In this document: piece after piece, positions 1-12,900 of the stretch
Layout of the letters: every line of letters begins with the position of its first letter
Numbering within the stretch: position 1 is the first letter of the stretch
NCBI GenBank assembly: GCA_965644295.1
Contig: CBFFRP010000159.1
Coordinates: forward strand, 61,676-125,675
Length of the DNA stretch: 64,000 nt
Origin: Paraphysomonas bandaiensis
Taxonomy: Eukaryota; Protista; Chrysophyceae
Direction: 5' to 3'
Made by a program: the position numbers and the translations under genes
Notes under the pieces: model-generated
Seen by the model: only the letters and a program-made list of their open reading frames with translations
Database searches by the model: none
Told to the model about the DNA's origin: nothing

Positions 1-768
1 GAGCAAGGGATATTCTCATGAGACTTGAAAATGGCAGTGAGAAAAGAAAAAATCTCATTAAACGCACAAAACTGTTTTCCATTATCGGAAAACGTAAGCA
101 ATTGTATACTATTAAGTTCAGAAAAGTCCATTAGACACTCTGAGATAGCAAGCAAAGCAGGCCATCTTCAACCTCTTCCATATTGAAGCAAAGAGCTCTT
201 TGGCGATAATCCTTTGACACAGTGCAAGAAGAATGATACAGGAAGATGATCTAAAAAGATGGGGTGATATATATTATAAATTAGAGTCATGAATGGCCGA
301 ATGGAAAGATGTGACAAAGGCAACCTTTTGAGCCCATTTTGTCATTCTTTTCGGACAACTTCCGACAGAGAAAAAAACATTCAAATGCTATGAAAATCAA
401 CGCACTCGCGATATATCGCGATCTCACTTCTGGACCAAGAACTTACTTGTTGTGGAGAAGATACAGCAGTATGATATACCGGCATACCGTACAAGTGGGT
501 AATACACAATACAGTACCGTATTCCTGTATTCTACACTCTGCTGTGTGGGGATGTATATATAGAATGTAGATAATACATGTGCTGTATATATCTTTTGAT
601 GGAGATATCACACACAGCGGTGACTTTATTTAACTTACTTCCACTTCTTCTACACCACACTCTACACCAGATACGGTACACAGATATATGAGTTCATAGA
701 TACTAGAGTATATGAAGAAGTGATAGTTACTACACCCGTATAAGTGTCCTACATACGAATACACCAGT

Positions 769-2982
769 ATGAAGCGTCGGTCATCACTTCAGGCCTATTT
801 TAAGCAAACAAAAGAAGATAACTTTTCCAGTCAAATTCTTGGAGGTGGTGAATTTCGAAAAAAAGGAAGTCATGTTAAAAACTGGAAAATTCGATCATAT
901 TATATAAAAGATGATGCAAAATTACTATACTTTGATCCCGAAACTAAGCAACCGAAGGGTGTAGTGGATGTATCTGAAGTGGGTATTGCGAGAGGCCCAG
1001 AAGAAAATTTAAAAAAATCAGGAAGTTCTAATTTTTCTCTTGAGAATGGATACTCTATAGTTTTATCCCTATTTATTGAGTCAAAAAAAATGGAACTTGT
1101 GTTTGATTCCTATAAAGAATTGAAAAAGTTTTGTATTTTATTGGGATATGTAGCTGTGGTTAGTAATCTAGTGGTATGGTATCATGTGGACTGTATGAGA
1201 TGGTGTGTTGATTGGAGTATATGTAGGAGTTTGTACGTGAGATGGGGTGGGATGATGTCGCCCTGTCAATGGAAGGTAACTGACTGTATGAGTAGATGAC
1301 ATAGCATGATATGTATATGATTGTATGTATGTCGTGATGTATTTTATGTGTATAGATCGACAGAATACGAATCGAGGGAGATCATCTATTGGAGGAAGGG
1401 AGCGTGCAGCTTCGGATTCTGTGCATGCTGCTTGCACTGGACATAGGAATGACGATGGTACTGCTTGTAGTAGATGATATCTTTCGGGGGTGTCTTAGTA
1501 ATGGATTTCATGTTTACTTGTATCAGATACAGCACCAAACCATCGCAAGGATGCTTCTGTTCTTCAAATGTACCGTGATGCTCAATCAGCATCGTCTGAT
1601 AGTGGAGTGGACTCAGAGGGGGTGGAGGGCGAGGTAGACGGCTTCATCAAAAACAGGCCCTCGATTGCAGAACTCGCGGCATCTGAGCGTGCTGCGGAGA
1701 TGGAACTTGGCAGTGGCGAGTCTGATGGAAGTGATATTGATCACAAGTCTGCTATTAAGCCGGCGGTCAAAAAGCGAGAGCCTTCAGGTGCGACAGTGAT
1801 TCACTCAGGATTATTTTTGAAACAAGGTTGGGTTTTATTGTTTACTAGTCACTATTTAATATGAGTTCTTCTGCACAGGCCAAATAAGGAAAAATTGGAA
1901 ATATCGCTACTTTGAAATATTGTAGGGCGTATTACTGACACAATACTGGATGGATATTAACATGTTCGTACTCAGGTCTAATGGGGTTCTTGTGTATAAG
2001 GAGTCAAAAGACTCTGTGTGTAAGTAGTATCTTATGATGTTAGGGTTTGTTGCTTATATAAATACAGTTGAGAAAGGACGTATGGAGCTCAAAGTGTGTG
2101 TTGTACATCACGTCGATGTGAGAAAAATATTGATAGTTAAATTTCGTTCTAAACATTAATAACTTGTGTAGGTATATGTACCAGCGTCGGCTGCTCCGGA
2201 TGGACTCATGGAGGAGGCGATATCGTCTAAAGCAGTCTCCGCAAAGGATATAATTCATCGACACGGTGTGACTCTCATTCGAGTAGGAGCTATTGAAATC
2301 AAATCTATTCATGACAAACGTGTTTTCATGGTGTAAGTTGTGTGCCTTCTTCAAAGTAATTTTTGTGTTATGTACTTTTGTAGGGCGTTTGATGCTGCAT
2401 CACGAGAGAGAAATATTGCCCTGATGGAGCAATTCGAAATTGCTCTGAAACGAGTTTCTGCGGATAAAAGAACAAACACGGACGTCACATTTGCTGACAA
2501 GTGCCCTGATCCCACTCTATCCCTTGAATCTGAGCATCGTTCACGTACAACCTCTGGTGGGGCGTCAGCGGCTGAAGAAAAAAATCGTAAACATGGCGGG
2601 TCTGGAGATATGCCGAATAGTTCTCCAAAAACTAAATCAGCGCATTCTAATCTTACCAGCAATCATAGTAATTCCGCGATTTCAACTTTTCTATCTATCT
2701 GGAATAGTGCTGGAGATTCCTTGACAAGGCTTATTGAGTCCAATAAGGACGCTTTCCTTATTGCTGGCATTCCAGGTGCAGTCCTGTCGTATTGTAATGT
2801 TTGCAACTCTATCGTTATTTTTGTTTACAGTGTGGTGCGCGCTACTGTTCAACACGTGTAGTCATCCTACACTCTTCAGTATATTTATATTTTGCGCTGT
2901 AACTACTGTTTTTGGGATGCATTACTCCAAGGATACGCCAGATGTTGATGAGGTTGAGGATTTTGAAGTAGATGTGGATTGA
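769..2982 (+). CDS. Multi-exon protein with two PH domains and C-terminal hydrophobic (TM) segments
   Basis: PH motif GEFRKKGSHVKNWKIRSYYI in the 769 ORF. A second PH start, HSGLFLKQG|QIRKNWKYRYFEI, spans GT-AG introns at ~1830-1920. Hydrophobic C-terminal exons at 2750-2930. Confidence 0.7.
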
Positions 2983-3287
2983 GTTAGTTAGATTTATTTT
3001 AATTAATTAAGTGATATGAATGTGAGCTAGCAGTTGCTATAAAACGTAAAACACTGTCTTCTATCGATAAGTTGCAGGAAGTACCTCATTTGACTATCCA
3101 CTATCTACTGTAAAGAAAAGCGGTGTATCAATGCACCATTAAAGTCGAGCATATTGCTTACTAGAAATATATTAATCTTATTTTTATGCTAACTCCTATA
3201 TACTCGTCGCTGTAACATATGACCACAAATCTTGACCAGTCACTGAAAATAGTTTTTATACTGCTGACATGGAATGTTTCTAAGAAA

Positions 3288-6200
3288 TCAACGATCACTA
3301 GGGTTTGTTCCTCCAGTGCCAAAAGGAATAGGCGAGTGGCAGAGGACGCAGTGTAAGTTAAGCCCACGATCGTGCTCAAGCATATGATGGCGACACGTCT
3401 TGCATACGTACGACGGCGATTCCATGATAGCCCTGATTACGGTCTCGTTTGAGATTATGCGGCATGTACAGAGTAATACGGCTTACCGTCCAGTGATAAT
3501 GCATGCTTTATACGACTTCCCAACACTGAGACACTTCAAATAGGGGTCTGGAAGGGTGATGGGGTCAACAGGACTATGCTTCACAAATATCCTCACTGCA
3601 AGTGTTTCTATTTGATCCCTATCGGCCTCAGGAATGTCTGGAATAGTCTCCAACTGAATAGACCTCATAAATTACGCTATATAATTTTTCAGGAATATAC
3701 CTTAACAAAGGCTTGACTACATATGCCATAGAATTTATTGAAGTATGCCGTCAAAGCCAGAAGAGAGTAAATATCACGAGGGTTCAAAATGTCGTCGTAC
3801 TCGCACAGTTTGATAGAACATTTCATGGCACCATCATAATTCCCTATAAAACATTGTAAGATACAAAACAATTAGACGACAAGATAGCGTGCCTGCGTAG
3901 AACAGCCTCTGGGCAAGCATTTGATAATGATAGGCAGCAGCGCCACGCCATGCATTTCCAAAGGCTCGACTAGCTTTCCTCGCCCCTTGAGTGGTTGAAA
4001 GAGTTGCGGTGGCACCTTCCTGAGTGTCAAGCGAAGTCATCATCAGACTCTCAAGGGTGGCTGCGGTGGCCATGGCTATGTTTTGAGTTGCACTCCCATC
4101 GAGATCTGTCCCACCAGCCTTAGTGGCCTGATCCAACGTTTTCTTTCGGTGGCGCTCGATCTCAAGTGCGGAGAGCACGTGCAGGCGCTTCGCCAAGAAA
4201 GGGTGCACATCACGCCTCGCGGCCTAAAAGGAACAGACCATAATCAAATGTGCACACGAACGATTGGGCTAAAAAGGGATATCTCACCTGCTCAGCAATA
4301 TCACCAATTAGAATGGCAGAGTCCGTTGGACGATTCGCACGACGATAGAGTTCAACAGCTTCCAGTCTCTTGCCCTTACTTAGTAAGGATTGTGCGTATC
4401 GAGTCAGCAATCCTTCCACCTGACAGTGTACCTCACATACAAGTCACGAATACATAACATTTTACCTGTGGGTAGTCGTGCTCTTCTGCTAGAGATAAGG
4501 CTAAATCCCATCGGTTCTGAATCACGCAGCAGTCGATGGCTGCTTTGGGATTTCCGCATCGAATGTAACAGTCCACCGCCTCCTCGTGCATACCAAGATT
4601 GGCAAACCTCTGAGCAAGAGTATTCAAAAGCGGTGTGCCGTCTGGAATATCAACTCTCATGTCAGCCAGCTCCTGGAACAATTCCAAGCGATAGAGACAT
4701 TCCGCAAGGCGCTCAACATTGCGACTCTGCCGAAAATACTGCGACGCCTTGCGCCACTTAAACCGGTCAGCATATTGCTCCCCAATCTTGTCCCATGCAT
4801 CTTTCATAAGCTGGTCATTCCCACCGCCAGTCTGAAGCAGCTGTACTACACGAGGGTAATCGCCGATACGCTTTCGCATCTGTATAGCAAGATCTTTTCT
4901 GTCTATCTCACGATATAACGCCTCCGCCTCGTCATACCGCTTCAGATACACAGCCACTTCAGCACGAGCCTTCATTTTATCCTTCATCTCCCGCAGCTTC
5001 CGCACCAACTGGATGGCGTGATAGTCTTCGCACCTAACAAAAGACTTTTCAGCCATTGTTAAATCCAGGCTCTCCAATGCACTCTCAGCAAGTAAGCGGA
5101 ACAGTCGTGGGTGTGGCGCACTGTCCGCCACCTGGTATCCCGCAGCAAGCCCCTCGGCCGTCATCTTATCCCGCACCTCGCGGAGAGATTTCGATTCAAA
5201 GTCGATAACCAAGTCTCGACTGGGAGGCTGGGGCTGTTGTTCGATGGGTTGTTTGATAATTTCATCCAAGATAACAGATCGTATCTCAAGGTTTTGAAAC
5301 CGGCAGAGGTATCCCGATGACACAATCGGCTCTTCCAGAACCTCTCCTCGTATGACTTGCAATTTGGTCTTCTCCATGATGCATATCATCTCGTCATTAT
5401 CGTCCGCCCATTTCATATCCCACACATCCCTTCGCTCTACTTTCATGCGTTTACCATACACCTGATCCGCACCGCGGCCATCAGATGATAATTTCACTTC
5501 GCCCGCACTGTCGTCTGCTTTCTTAGCATCATCTTGCACGCGAGCCTCAAGATCAATCATACTGAATCCACCCATGACATCAATTACGCCTAGTTTGGTA
5601 GACAGACAACTCAGTTCCATGCGGAATGGCTCCGCACTACCCCCAATCTGGTATTCGTTTTCGGTGCTCAGGTGTGGAAGGGTGAACCTTGTAATCATGC
5701 CACTCTTTCGACCCACCATCAGGTAACGATCGCTGACAGTAATACAGGTAATAGGGTTCATGACCTCGTCGGTTAAGATTTTAAAAGTCTCTGGAGGCTG
5801 TGCCTGGGAGTATGCGATCGTCTCAATATCGAATATGCGCTCTTTGGATTGCGATGGTCTGCCTGAAACGATCTGATCCATCGCAGAGACACCACTGACA
5901 TTAGCACTCCCAAACGAAGTCTGAAATTGCCATGTGTATACAGTCCTGTCGTTAGCTATGACCAGGTGGTTGGGACCCATGCTCACATATTTTGGAGCAA
6001 AAGGAAGCTTTTTAGAGTGAACGATAGCTCCCACAGAGTTACGCAGCTGTGCTGTATACACATCTAGATGGCTACTGCTTCGCTTTGTCTTCTTATTTCC
6101 AGGGGTTTCACATATAACCAGAGCACAGTTATCATTGTTCGATACTAGAAATTCGAGATTCGGTACATACTTAGCATGGGCTTCACCCGAGGTCAGATCC

Positions 6201-7517
6201 CAGAAGACAACTACGGTCTCTCTGCGCTCGGGGCGGTAGTAAGAATATATGACGGTATTTTCCAGATATGTCCAGATATAGGAGTTCCGGACGTTAGCGA
6301 AAAAGATGAATGCGTCTACTGCTAATGCGATTCGCAGTCCAGAAGTCTCCCAGGTGATAGAATTTATTTCTTCCCCAGGGATTCTCACCTGGCGCAGAAA
6401 TCGTCCCCCTGATGAATAAAACTTGATATAGTTCGTTGCTCGATCGTTTACTTCTCTGGAACTCTTACGCGAGAGTGAAGACGCAGAAGGGTCGGATAAC
6501 TGCGACCGTGACTGAGAGCCTATGAAGGCTATCACTGATCCATCCGGGCTCCACTTGCAAGAAATAAGGTTCAGTTCTGTGTCCAAAACCATCGGATCGG
6601 GATCGTCTTCCCCGCGAGAGATCTGCACAACCCCACAGTCGAAAGCTATACATAGATTCTGCCCAACATCGCTCAGAGTCGACCGGGTATATCGCATGCT
6701 CCCGCTATACCAGTCAATCCCAACGATATTAGCCTCGTCCGCGACCCCCGATTCCATACCTTGAAAGGCACTGAGGGACATATTCTTGACCTTTACGCCC
6801 TCAGCGTCATATACAAACACCTCCGCCTCAGCTGTGACAAATATTATGAGACGCCCATCCGGACTCCACTCAACTAGCTTCAGCGATAGGTTAAGCTCTT
6901 TGCCCCATAGGCGATTACCGTCGACTGACCCGACGATTACAGCTCCGTCCTCGTATATGATGCAGATTTTCTTCCCATCGGAAGTCCACTTCATATCCAT
7001 CACTACGGACTTGTTGCGATTGTTTATCATTTCCTCGTACCACATACCCTTGTGAAGAGTCCAAACTATAATAAGACCCTTCTCGTCACTTGTGGTAAGC
7101 TTCCTGAAAGTTGGGTTCCAAGCCAAGCACATTACTGTGCCATTATGGCCCTCTAACGTTTGATTCATAGACAGATTAGTGGGAGCCGCAACCCCCTATA
7201 CACAATTAGCGCACCCTAATTAAGCATCCAAACAACATACCATAACTTTGGTATCGGATCCACCAACAGTTTCAAGTTTTAATACTTTCAGCAGCCCAGC
7301 CTCTCCACCACATGCAATCCAACCCTACAAAACGAAACGAAATTATCAGTCCCATTCCCTCTATCTGTATATATATAAGTAGGTAGCCCACCTGTTCCTG
7401 GTTCCAAGATATGCACTGAAGCTTCAGCTGATTGGGAATAGCAATCTAATAAAAAAAAACTAAGCATCAGATCAAATCAGAAAAATTATCAACCTTTTTC
7501 GATAAGTAAGCGAGCAT
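3288..7517 (-). CDS. WDR35: WD repeat protein 35 / IFT121 (IFT-A complex), multi-exon
   Basis: Spliced N-terminus MLAYLSKK|IAIPNQLKLQCISWNQEQ|GWIACGG, then SMNQTLEGHNGTV...KLTTSDEKGLIIVW...WYEEMINNRNKSVV. C-terminal TPR-like region and Zn finger (CKTC...CVLCH); stop at 3288-3290. Confidence 0.95.
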
Positions 7518-7919
7518 GTTACTATATATATATGTATATGTATAGAGAGAGACAGACAACTAGTGATAGATGAGTGCTAGTGATGCAACACCTCTCCTTG
7601 ATTGAAGGTAATAGATGAGAGAGGTGGCAGATGAGACAGTTGTTTGTGGGGAGATCTATAGGGTGGATCTATGGTGCAGTGCAGTTGTTAATATTCAAAT
7701 TACAGCTCTGGTGATATCACACATGCATACACACACACACATACATACATACATCTACAGCAGCAGTTTATACGTACACGTACACATACATATCAGCGCT
7801 GCATGTCAAAAAATCAAAAAAGCGTTACAAATGTAGGTAGATATCCGGGACCGGATGAATGTGATCCGTATACGGGAAATTCACTTTGAGTTGATTACAG
7901 CTGTATCTTTATCATACAA

Positions 7920-8129
7920 AGGCACGGAGACTTGTCGTACTCTCAGGGTTTGAAGAGGCACGGAGACTTGTCGTCCTCTCAGGGTTTGAAGAGGCACGGA
8001 GACTTGTCGTCCTCTCAGGGTTTGAAGAGGCACGGAGACTTGTCGTACTCTCAGGGTTTGAAGAGGCGCGGAGACTTGTCGTACTCTCAGGGTTTGAAGA
8101 GGCACGGAGACTTGTCGTCCTCTCAGGGT
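7920..8129 (+). repeat. 36-bp tandem repeat, ~5.8 copies, in frame (RHGDLS[S/Y]SQGLK)
   Basis: Unit AGGCACGGAGACTTGTCGT(A/C)CTCTCAGGGTTTGAAG at 7920, 7956, 7992, 8028, 8064 and a partial copy at 8100. Confidence 0.95.
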
Positions 8130-8432
8130 CGACTTGAAAATGCCCTCAAACACTACAATGATGCGCTAGGTGCTCTGAGTGAAGAGGGGTGTGATAGTGA
8201 GAGTGATGCGGTCGTAGAAATCTACATCAGTATCGGACGTGTTTATCATGACCAGCGTAGATTTCGTCCTGCTATAGAATACCTGCAGAAGGCAGTGGAC
8301 ATTCTTCAACGCGGTAGCTCATCCTCTTTGAGTAACATGGCGCAAGCGTATAAATTGAGTGGTCGTTTTGATGATACTATTGAGTGTTTATACAAAGCCA
8401 TAGTTCAAGCTCAAGAGGATGCTCAAACCTAA
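7932..8432 (+). CDS. Short TPR-containing ORF (gene fragment or pseudogene); 5' end uncertain
   Basis: TPR-like helices (GRLENALKHYNDAL, IGRVYHDQRRFRPAIEYLQKAV, MAQAYKLSGRFDDTIECLYKAI) preceded by a 12-aa repeat. Confidence 0.55.
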   Translation: MSYSQGLKRHGDLSSSQGLKRHGDLSSSQGLKRHGDLSYSQGLKRRGDLSYSQGLKRHGDLSSSQGRLENALKHYNDALGALSEEGCDSESDAVVEIYISIGRVYHDQRRFRPAIEYLQKAVDILQRGSSSSLSNMAQAYKLSGRFDDTIECLYKAIVQAQEDAQT

Positions 8433-8598
8433 CTCTTTAGGCAATGAATGATGTGATGCCTTGTGTTTTCTAAACCTCACCATCCGCAATGTAAAGTCTA
8501 CAGTCTGTACTATGTACTAATATGTTTCAAGTAGGTAATATACGATATATATACACAGTTTCTATTAATTATATACTGTTGTATCAGACTCCTACTGC

Positions 8599-9005
8599 AG
8601 CACACTCTACCTCGGTGAACATGTTAGCCACTCCCTTCCGCTTTGAGCACGGAGGCTTTGTCATGTACAGTATGAGACAGGACTTGAGTCATGTACAATG
8701 AAGGAAACAGCTGTTGATTTTGTTAATACCAAATTTCTACACGTATATTCTAGTTCTAGTTAGTGCTTTTACGAAAACAGCGTACTTAAAGAAGTAATGC
8801 TTGTGTTTTAAATAACTCATAGCTTGTTTTACACCAGGCTACGGGACTGTATATTGCAATATTATTGACTATTGTTGGTGTTTTTTAATCGACCAGACAA
8901 TACTATTGCAATATGGTAGTATAGTTATTTAGCAATTAAGCGCTTGCGTATATTCCATATTGATTACAAGTCATTATTCATTTAAACCACTACGCTGCCA
9001 CACAA
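8599..9005. mobile_element. Possible retroposed 407-bp insertion flanked by a 13-bp direct repeat
   Basis: AGACTCCTACTGC at 8586-8598 and 9006-9018. Confidence 0.4.
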
Positions 9006-9574
9006 AGACTCCTACTGCTCAGGTAGTCACAACCCTCCTCCTACTCATTCTCGGAGCCACCATTGGTGATGTTATTCTTATATTCTTATCACTTATCACC
9101 ACATCCAATCAATATTAAATGAAATATGCACCAGGTCACATGTCACAAGTGTCGATTAGCTTTCAGAAACAACAACATCATAGTATTAAGTGCAGAAGGA
9201 TGCATACGACTTGGTAGCACTGAGACAATAAATCTAGCTGCGCTCAACAGGCGTTCACAGTTCACAGCAAGCACATATCTCAACACATCTACAATCTACA
9301 AGGGTGGTGATATCGTAATTCTGTCGAGCAGTAGGAATAATATCAGTCACTACATACATCTGGTGGCCTTTGATTATAGGATCTTTCATACACAACCTGA
9401 AAGGTAGAAGATGACCTTGTGGTATTAATCGTTTATGCCAAGTAGCATTCTTAATCTGCTTTAACTTTCCTATTCGCAGGTCTACCAATCGAATGAGAGG
9501 TCTACTACCTTCGTCTGATTTTGTCACATCTCTTTTTGCTATGTGTGTGAAAGTTGATACAGCATCCCTTAGAG

Positions 9575-9746
9575 TGAAGTGTGGAAGTCTTATTACTAGC
9601 AGTAGGCGACAAGAACCAACACAGATAAGTAGTTAGATGAAGACTAGTCACGCTAGATCGACTGCTACCTGTAATTAACTTTTGCAAATTCATATCCTAC
9701 TATGTAACGCTACAGAAGCTGTTTATGCGTCGCCGCAAGCACCAAT
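9575..9746 (-). mobile_element. 5'-truncated LINE 3'-UTR fragment
   Basis: The reverse complement reads TTGGTGCTTGCGGCGACGCA...GTAGCGTTACATAGTAGGATA..., matching the LINE 3' UTR at 49160-49330 and the copy at 61165-61320. Confidence 0.8.
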
Positions 9747-9983
9747 GCGTATACTACGACTTATACTCAACCTTATACACACAACATTCAATCGTATCTA
9801 CAGCTATAAGATTGAGGCATCCTTTTTTCAGTATGAGAGGCTATCTATTGGATGAGTCACAAAATCAGAGTCGTAAAACCACCATCATTCCACACACAGT
9901 TCTACAGATAGCAACTTGAATCACTTCCTTCTAGTGTGATGTAGTCTACAGAGCTTGGAAGTAGTCTTGGAACACACTGTTTT

Positions 9984-12900
9984 CTAGTGTTCTATTATCC
10001 GTGCGCTGTGTTTTCTTCTGCCGTCACTCAGTGTGCCACTTCTTGACGGACCCCCCTCCCGTTCTACCTTCGTAAGCTCCGACTATTAGACGCAATGAAT
10101 ATCAGGAAATGAAACTCTATGAGAGCATATGGTAAAATATTCCCGCACCTTACGAACCGACAACAGAGATTCCAATTCTTGTATTTTCAACTCGTTCTCA
10201 GTCCGCTGACTAAGAAGCTCCGCAGCGAGCTACAATCCTAATGAGAAAGTGCAGTGACACTAACGATAACTCACCTCTCTCTTTCTTCTTTCGGCACGGT
10301 GATACTTGTCCAACGCGCTCGTAAGATCTTTTTCAATAGCAGACTGCTCTAATGTCTTATCAGCGAGTTGCTTTGATAGCTTCTCGCATTGCCGCTTCAA
10401 TGCGTCAAAAGTAGTACTCAACGCTTTCTCTTTTTCTGAAAACTCACTGCAACTTGACGGTCAATAACTGTTAAATGAGATATGATTACACACACCTTTG
10501 ATACTTGTCAAGAATAGACTGGTGATGTTTCTCCGAGTCGCGCTTCAACTTTCTTGCGTTTTCCAGCGCAATGCCTTCCGCCCGCAAAAGTGTTCTTAGT
10601 CTCCCATTCACACTTTCCATGCCCTTGAGCTCTGCTTCAAGATCAGCACGAATTCCAGTCATAGTTTCGATCTCAGAATCTCGCTCATCCAGCCATGCCC
10701 TACATCAGACGAGAATGTTTACAGTATTAACGTGAAATAAAAGGTGTTACTTGTGCCGCTCCAAGTCTCTTTGAGTCTCAGCCAAAACTCTTTTATTTCG
10801 TTTGCCTCGATAGAGCTCATACACGCGTCGTCCAATCGCTTTCACCAACACGCTTGCCACCTTGCGATCGTAATGTGGCATATCTTCTTTCGTTACTATG
10901 GTCACAACGCCCTTCACTTCGTACACTTGAAATTCAAAAGACAACGTAACAACGGCGGATTGGCTTATCGCGCACGACGGTGTCAATGGCCGATAGTCTA
11001 CGTCAACGCCGTCGCTATCGATTGAGGAATTGCTAACTTGATTTGAATGCGTATCCGTTGAACTTGACGCAGCAAAGTCAGCAATCGGCATGTTTCCATC
11101 GTACAAGACAGCATTGTCATGGGAATCTTCGCAATATATGGAAACTGTTTCGCAGCACGCAAGAGACGCAAATTCCTTTTCCACCGACTTTATCACGGGT
11201 ATTAGGCGACCATTAGCAACATGAAGTTCCTTCAGACATTTGGTTAAAACATGAAGACGATTCACGTGAAGGGCCTCCTCACGTCGAGTTCGAAACAACT
11301 CTTCTTGTAATTTTTTTGATTCTACAACGCCATGAAATGATGACACTACGGCTTCTTTCCATAGACAAACTATTCTGAGATAGTCATCACTGTCACAAAA
11401 CCGACGCCACAGTTCACCATCCTGGGCATTTAGTTGCAATACCACCATATGAGAGGCACAGCATCGAAGAGGAATTAATTCTGTAAAGTCGTCGCTTATT
11501 CGTTCAAATCCTTCATCCCAAACACGATCAAGAAGCTCAGGCTTCAAAGGAGACGGAATGATAAGTGTTTCACTGTCACAACTACCACCCAACTTAGTCG
11601 AATCAAGACTAAAAATACCCATGGACGTGCTGTCGACAGTGTTCCAGATGCTCTTTGAAATATCGTCCACAGATGTAGCTGTCTTCCAGTGCAGTCTGAA
11701 ATAAATCAGAATTCGTAAGACAAAAATATGATGAATACCTTGCCGTCATAAAACTCCGAACAGATCCAGAATAAGCCTCCATCAAATCTACATTCAAGAG
11801 CGATGTCTCGAACTTCTGGTTTCGATATTCACTATCCGGAAAACCACTGAGATAACTATCTCTAACATACAATTCATCATGAAGTGACACCATTAGGGCA
11901 GCAGCAAACGACGAAATTGTTGTAATAGATTCCTTCTCAACCAGCCTAGCCAAGAGCACTATCGACCTCAAAAATTGAAAACTTAATCTCCTACATGCAC
12001 TATTACCTTCGACTCAACAATATTAAAAAACATACCTAACATGCGCTAATGAAAACTCCGATATTCCGAGTGAGTTCTCTACTTCAGCATTATTCAACTC
12101 TCCTGCAGCTTCCTCGTCATGTTCAACTGTCGTGCTTTCTTCATTCTTTACAACTGTTATACGTGTATTATGCCCAGTCAAATATTCTTGTCTTCGCCTG
12201 CAGATAATTCTAATATACTTAAGAAGCACTTTCTGTATGGCACACTCATCCGACACGGGGTTCATTGCGTGAATCTGTTGAAGAATTGCTCCGGGAGACA
12301 GGTTATCTTCTCCAGAAAGGTCCATCGCAATTGGCCAGTATGTCACATGTACGATGGTGTCATTTTGATCCTTAAATTCTGCAGTACAGCACTGTCCTGA
12401 AGATAAGGCCTGCATATAGCAATCCTTATGAGCTATATGTTGCCATAACACTTCATCATTCTCACTATTTAATGCTGGACAATTATTCCTCCAAAATACA
12501 TCCCATTGATCCCCACTGAAAGTGGAAAAGTGGCGACAGAGCCAATTCGCAATATCAGTACTCATTCCCCCTTCCGACATAACGCCTGACACAATATGAG
12601 AAGTCACATGACATACCCCTGACATCTTCCTCACCTGCAATATAATTAAGAAAATCGGCATGATAGTTCCCGAGCTGTAACGCTATCTCTAGTTTTCGTA
12701 CTAATACAGAAGCATCGCTATCATTCTTCTCTTTCAGACATCCATCACCGACAAAGAGATCCAAGCCAAGACAAGATCCCTTTTGGAGAAGAGAAAAAAT
12801 CACATCTATCAATTCACAATGCTTGCGAGAGAGGGTAGAAAGCTCTTCTTCGACAGCCCTCGAACAACTTATTGCTGTAGATAATTCCGACCGAATATCA

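Noticed and set aside
1-611. Possible gene fragment at the window start
   Set aside because: Only short ORFs without recognisable motifs; cannot be supported.
7920-8129. CRISPR-like 36-bp repeats
   Set aside because: Units are contiguous with no unique spacers, lie in frame in a TPR ORF, have no cas genes nearby, and the context is eukaryotic.
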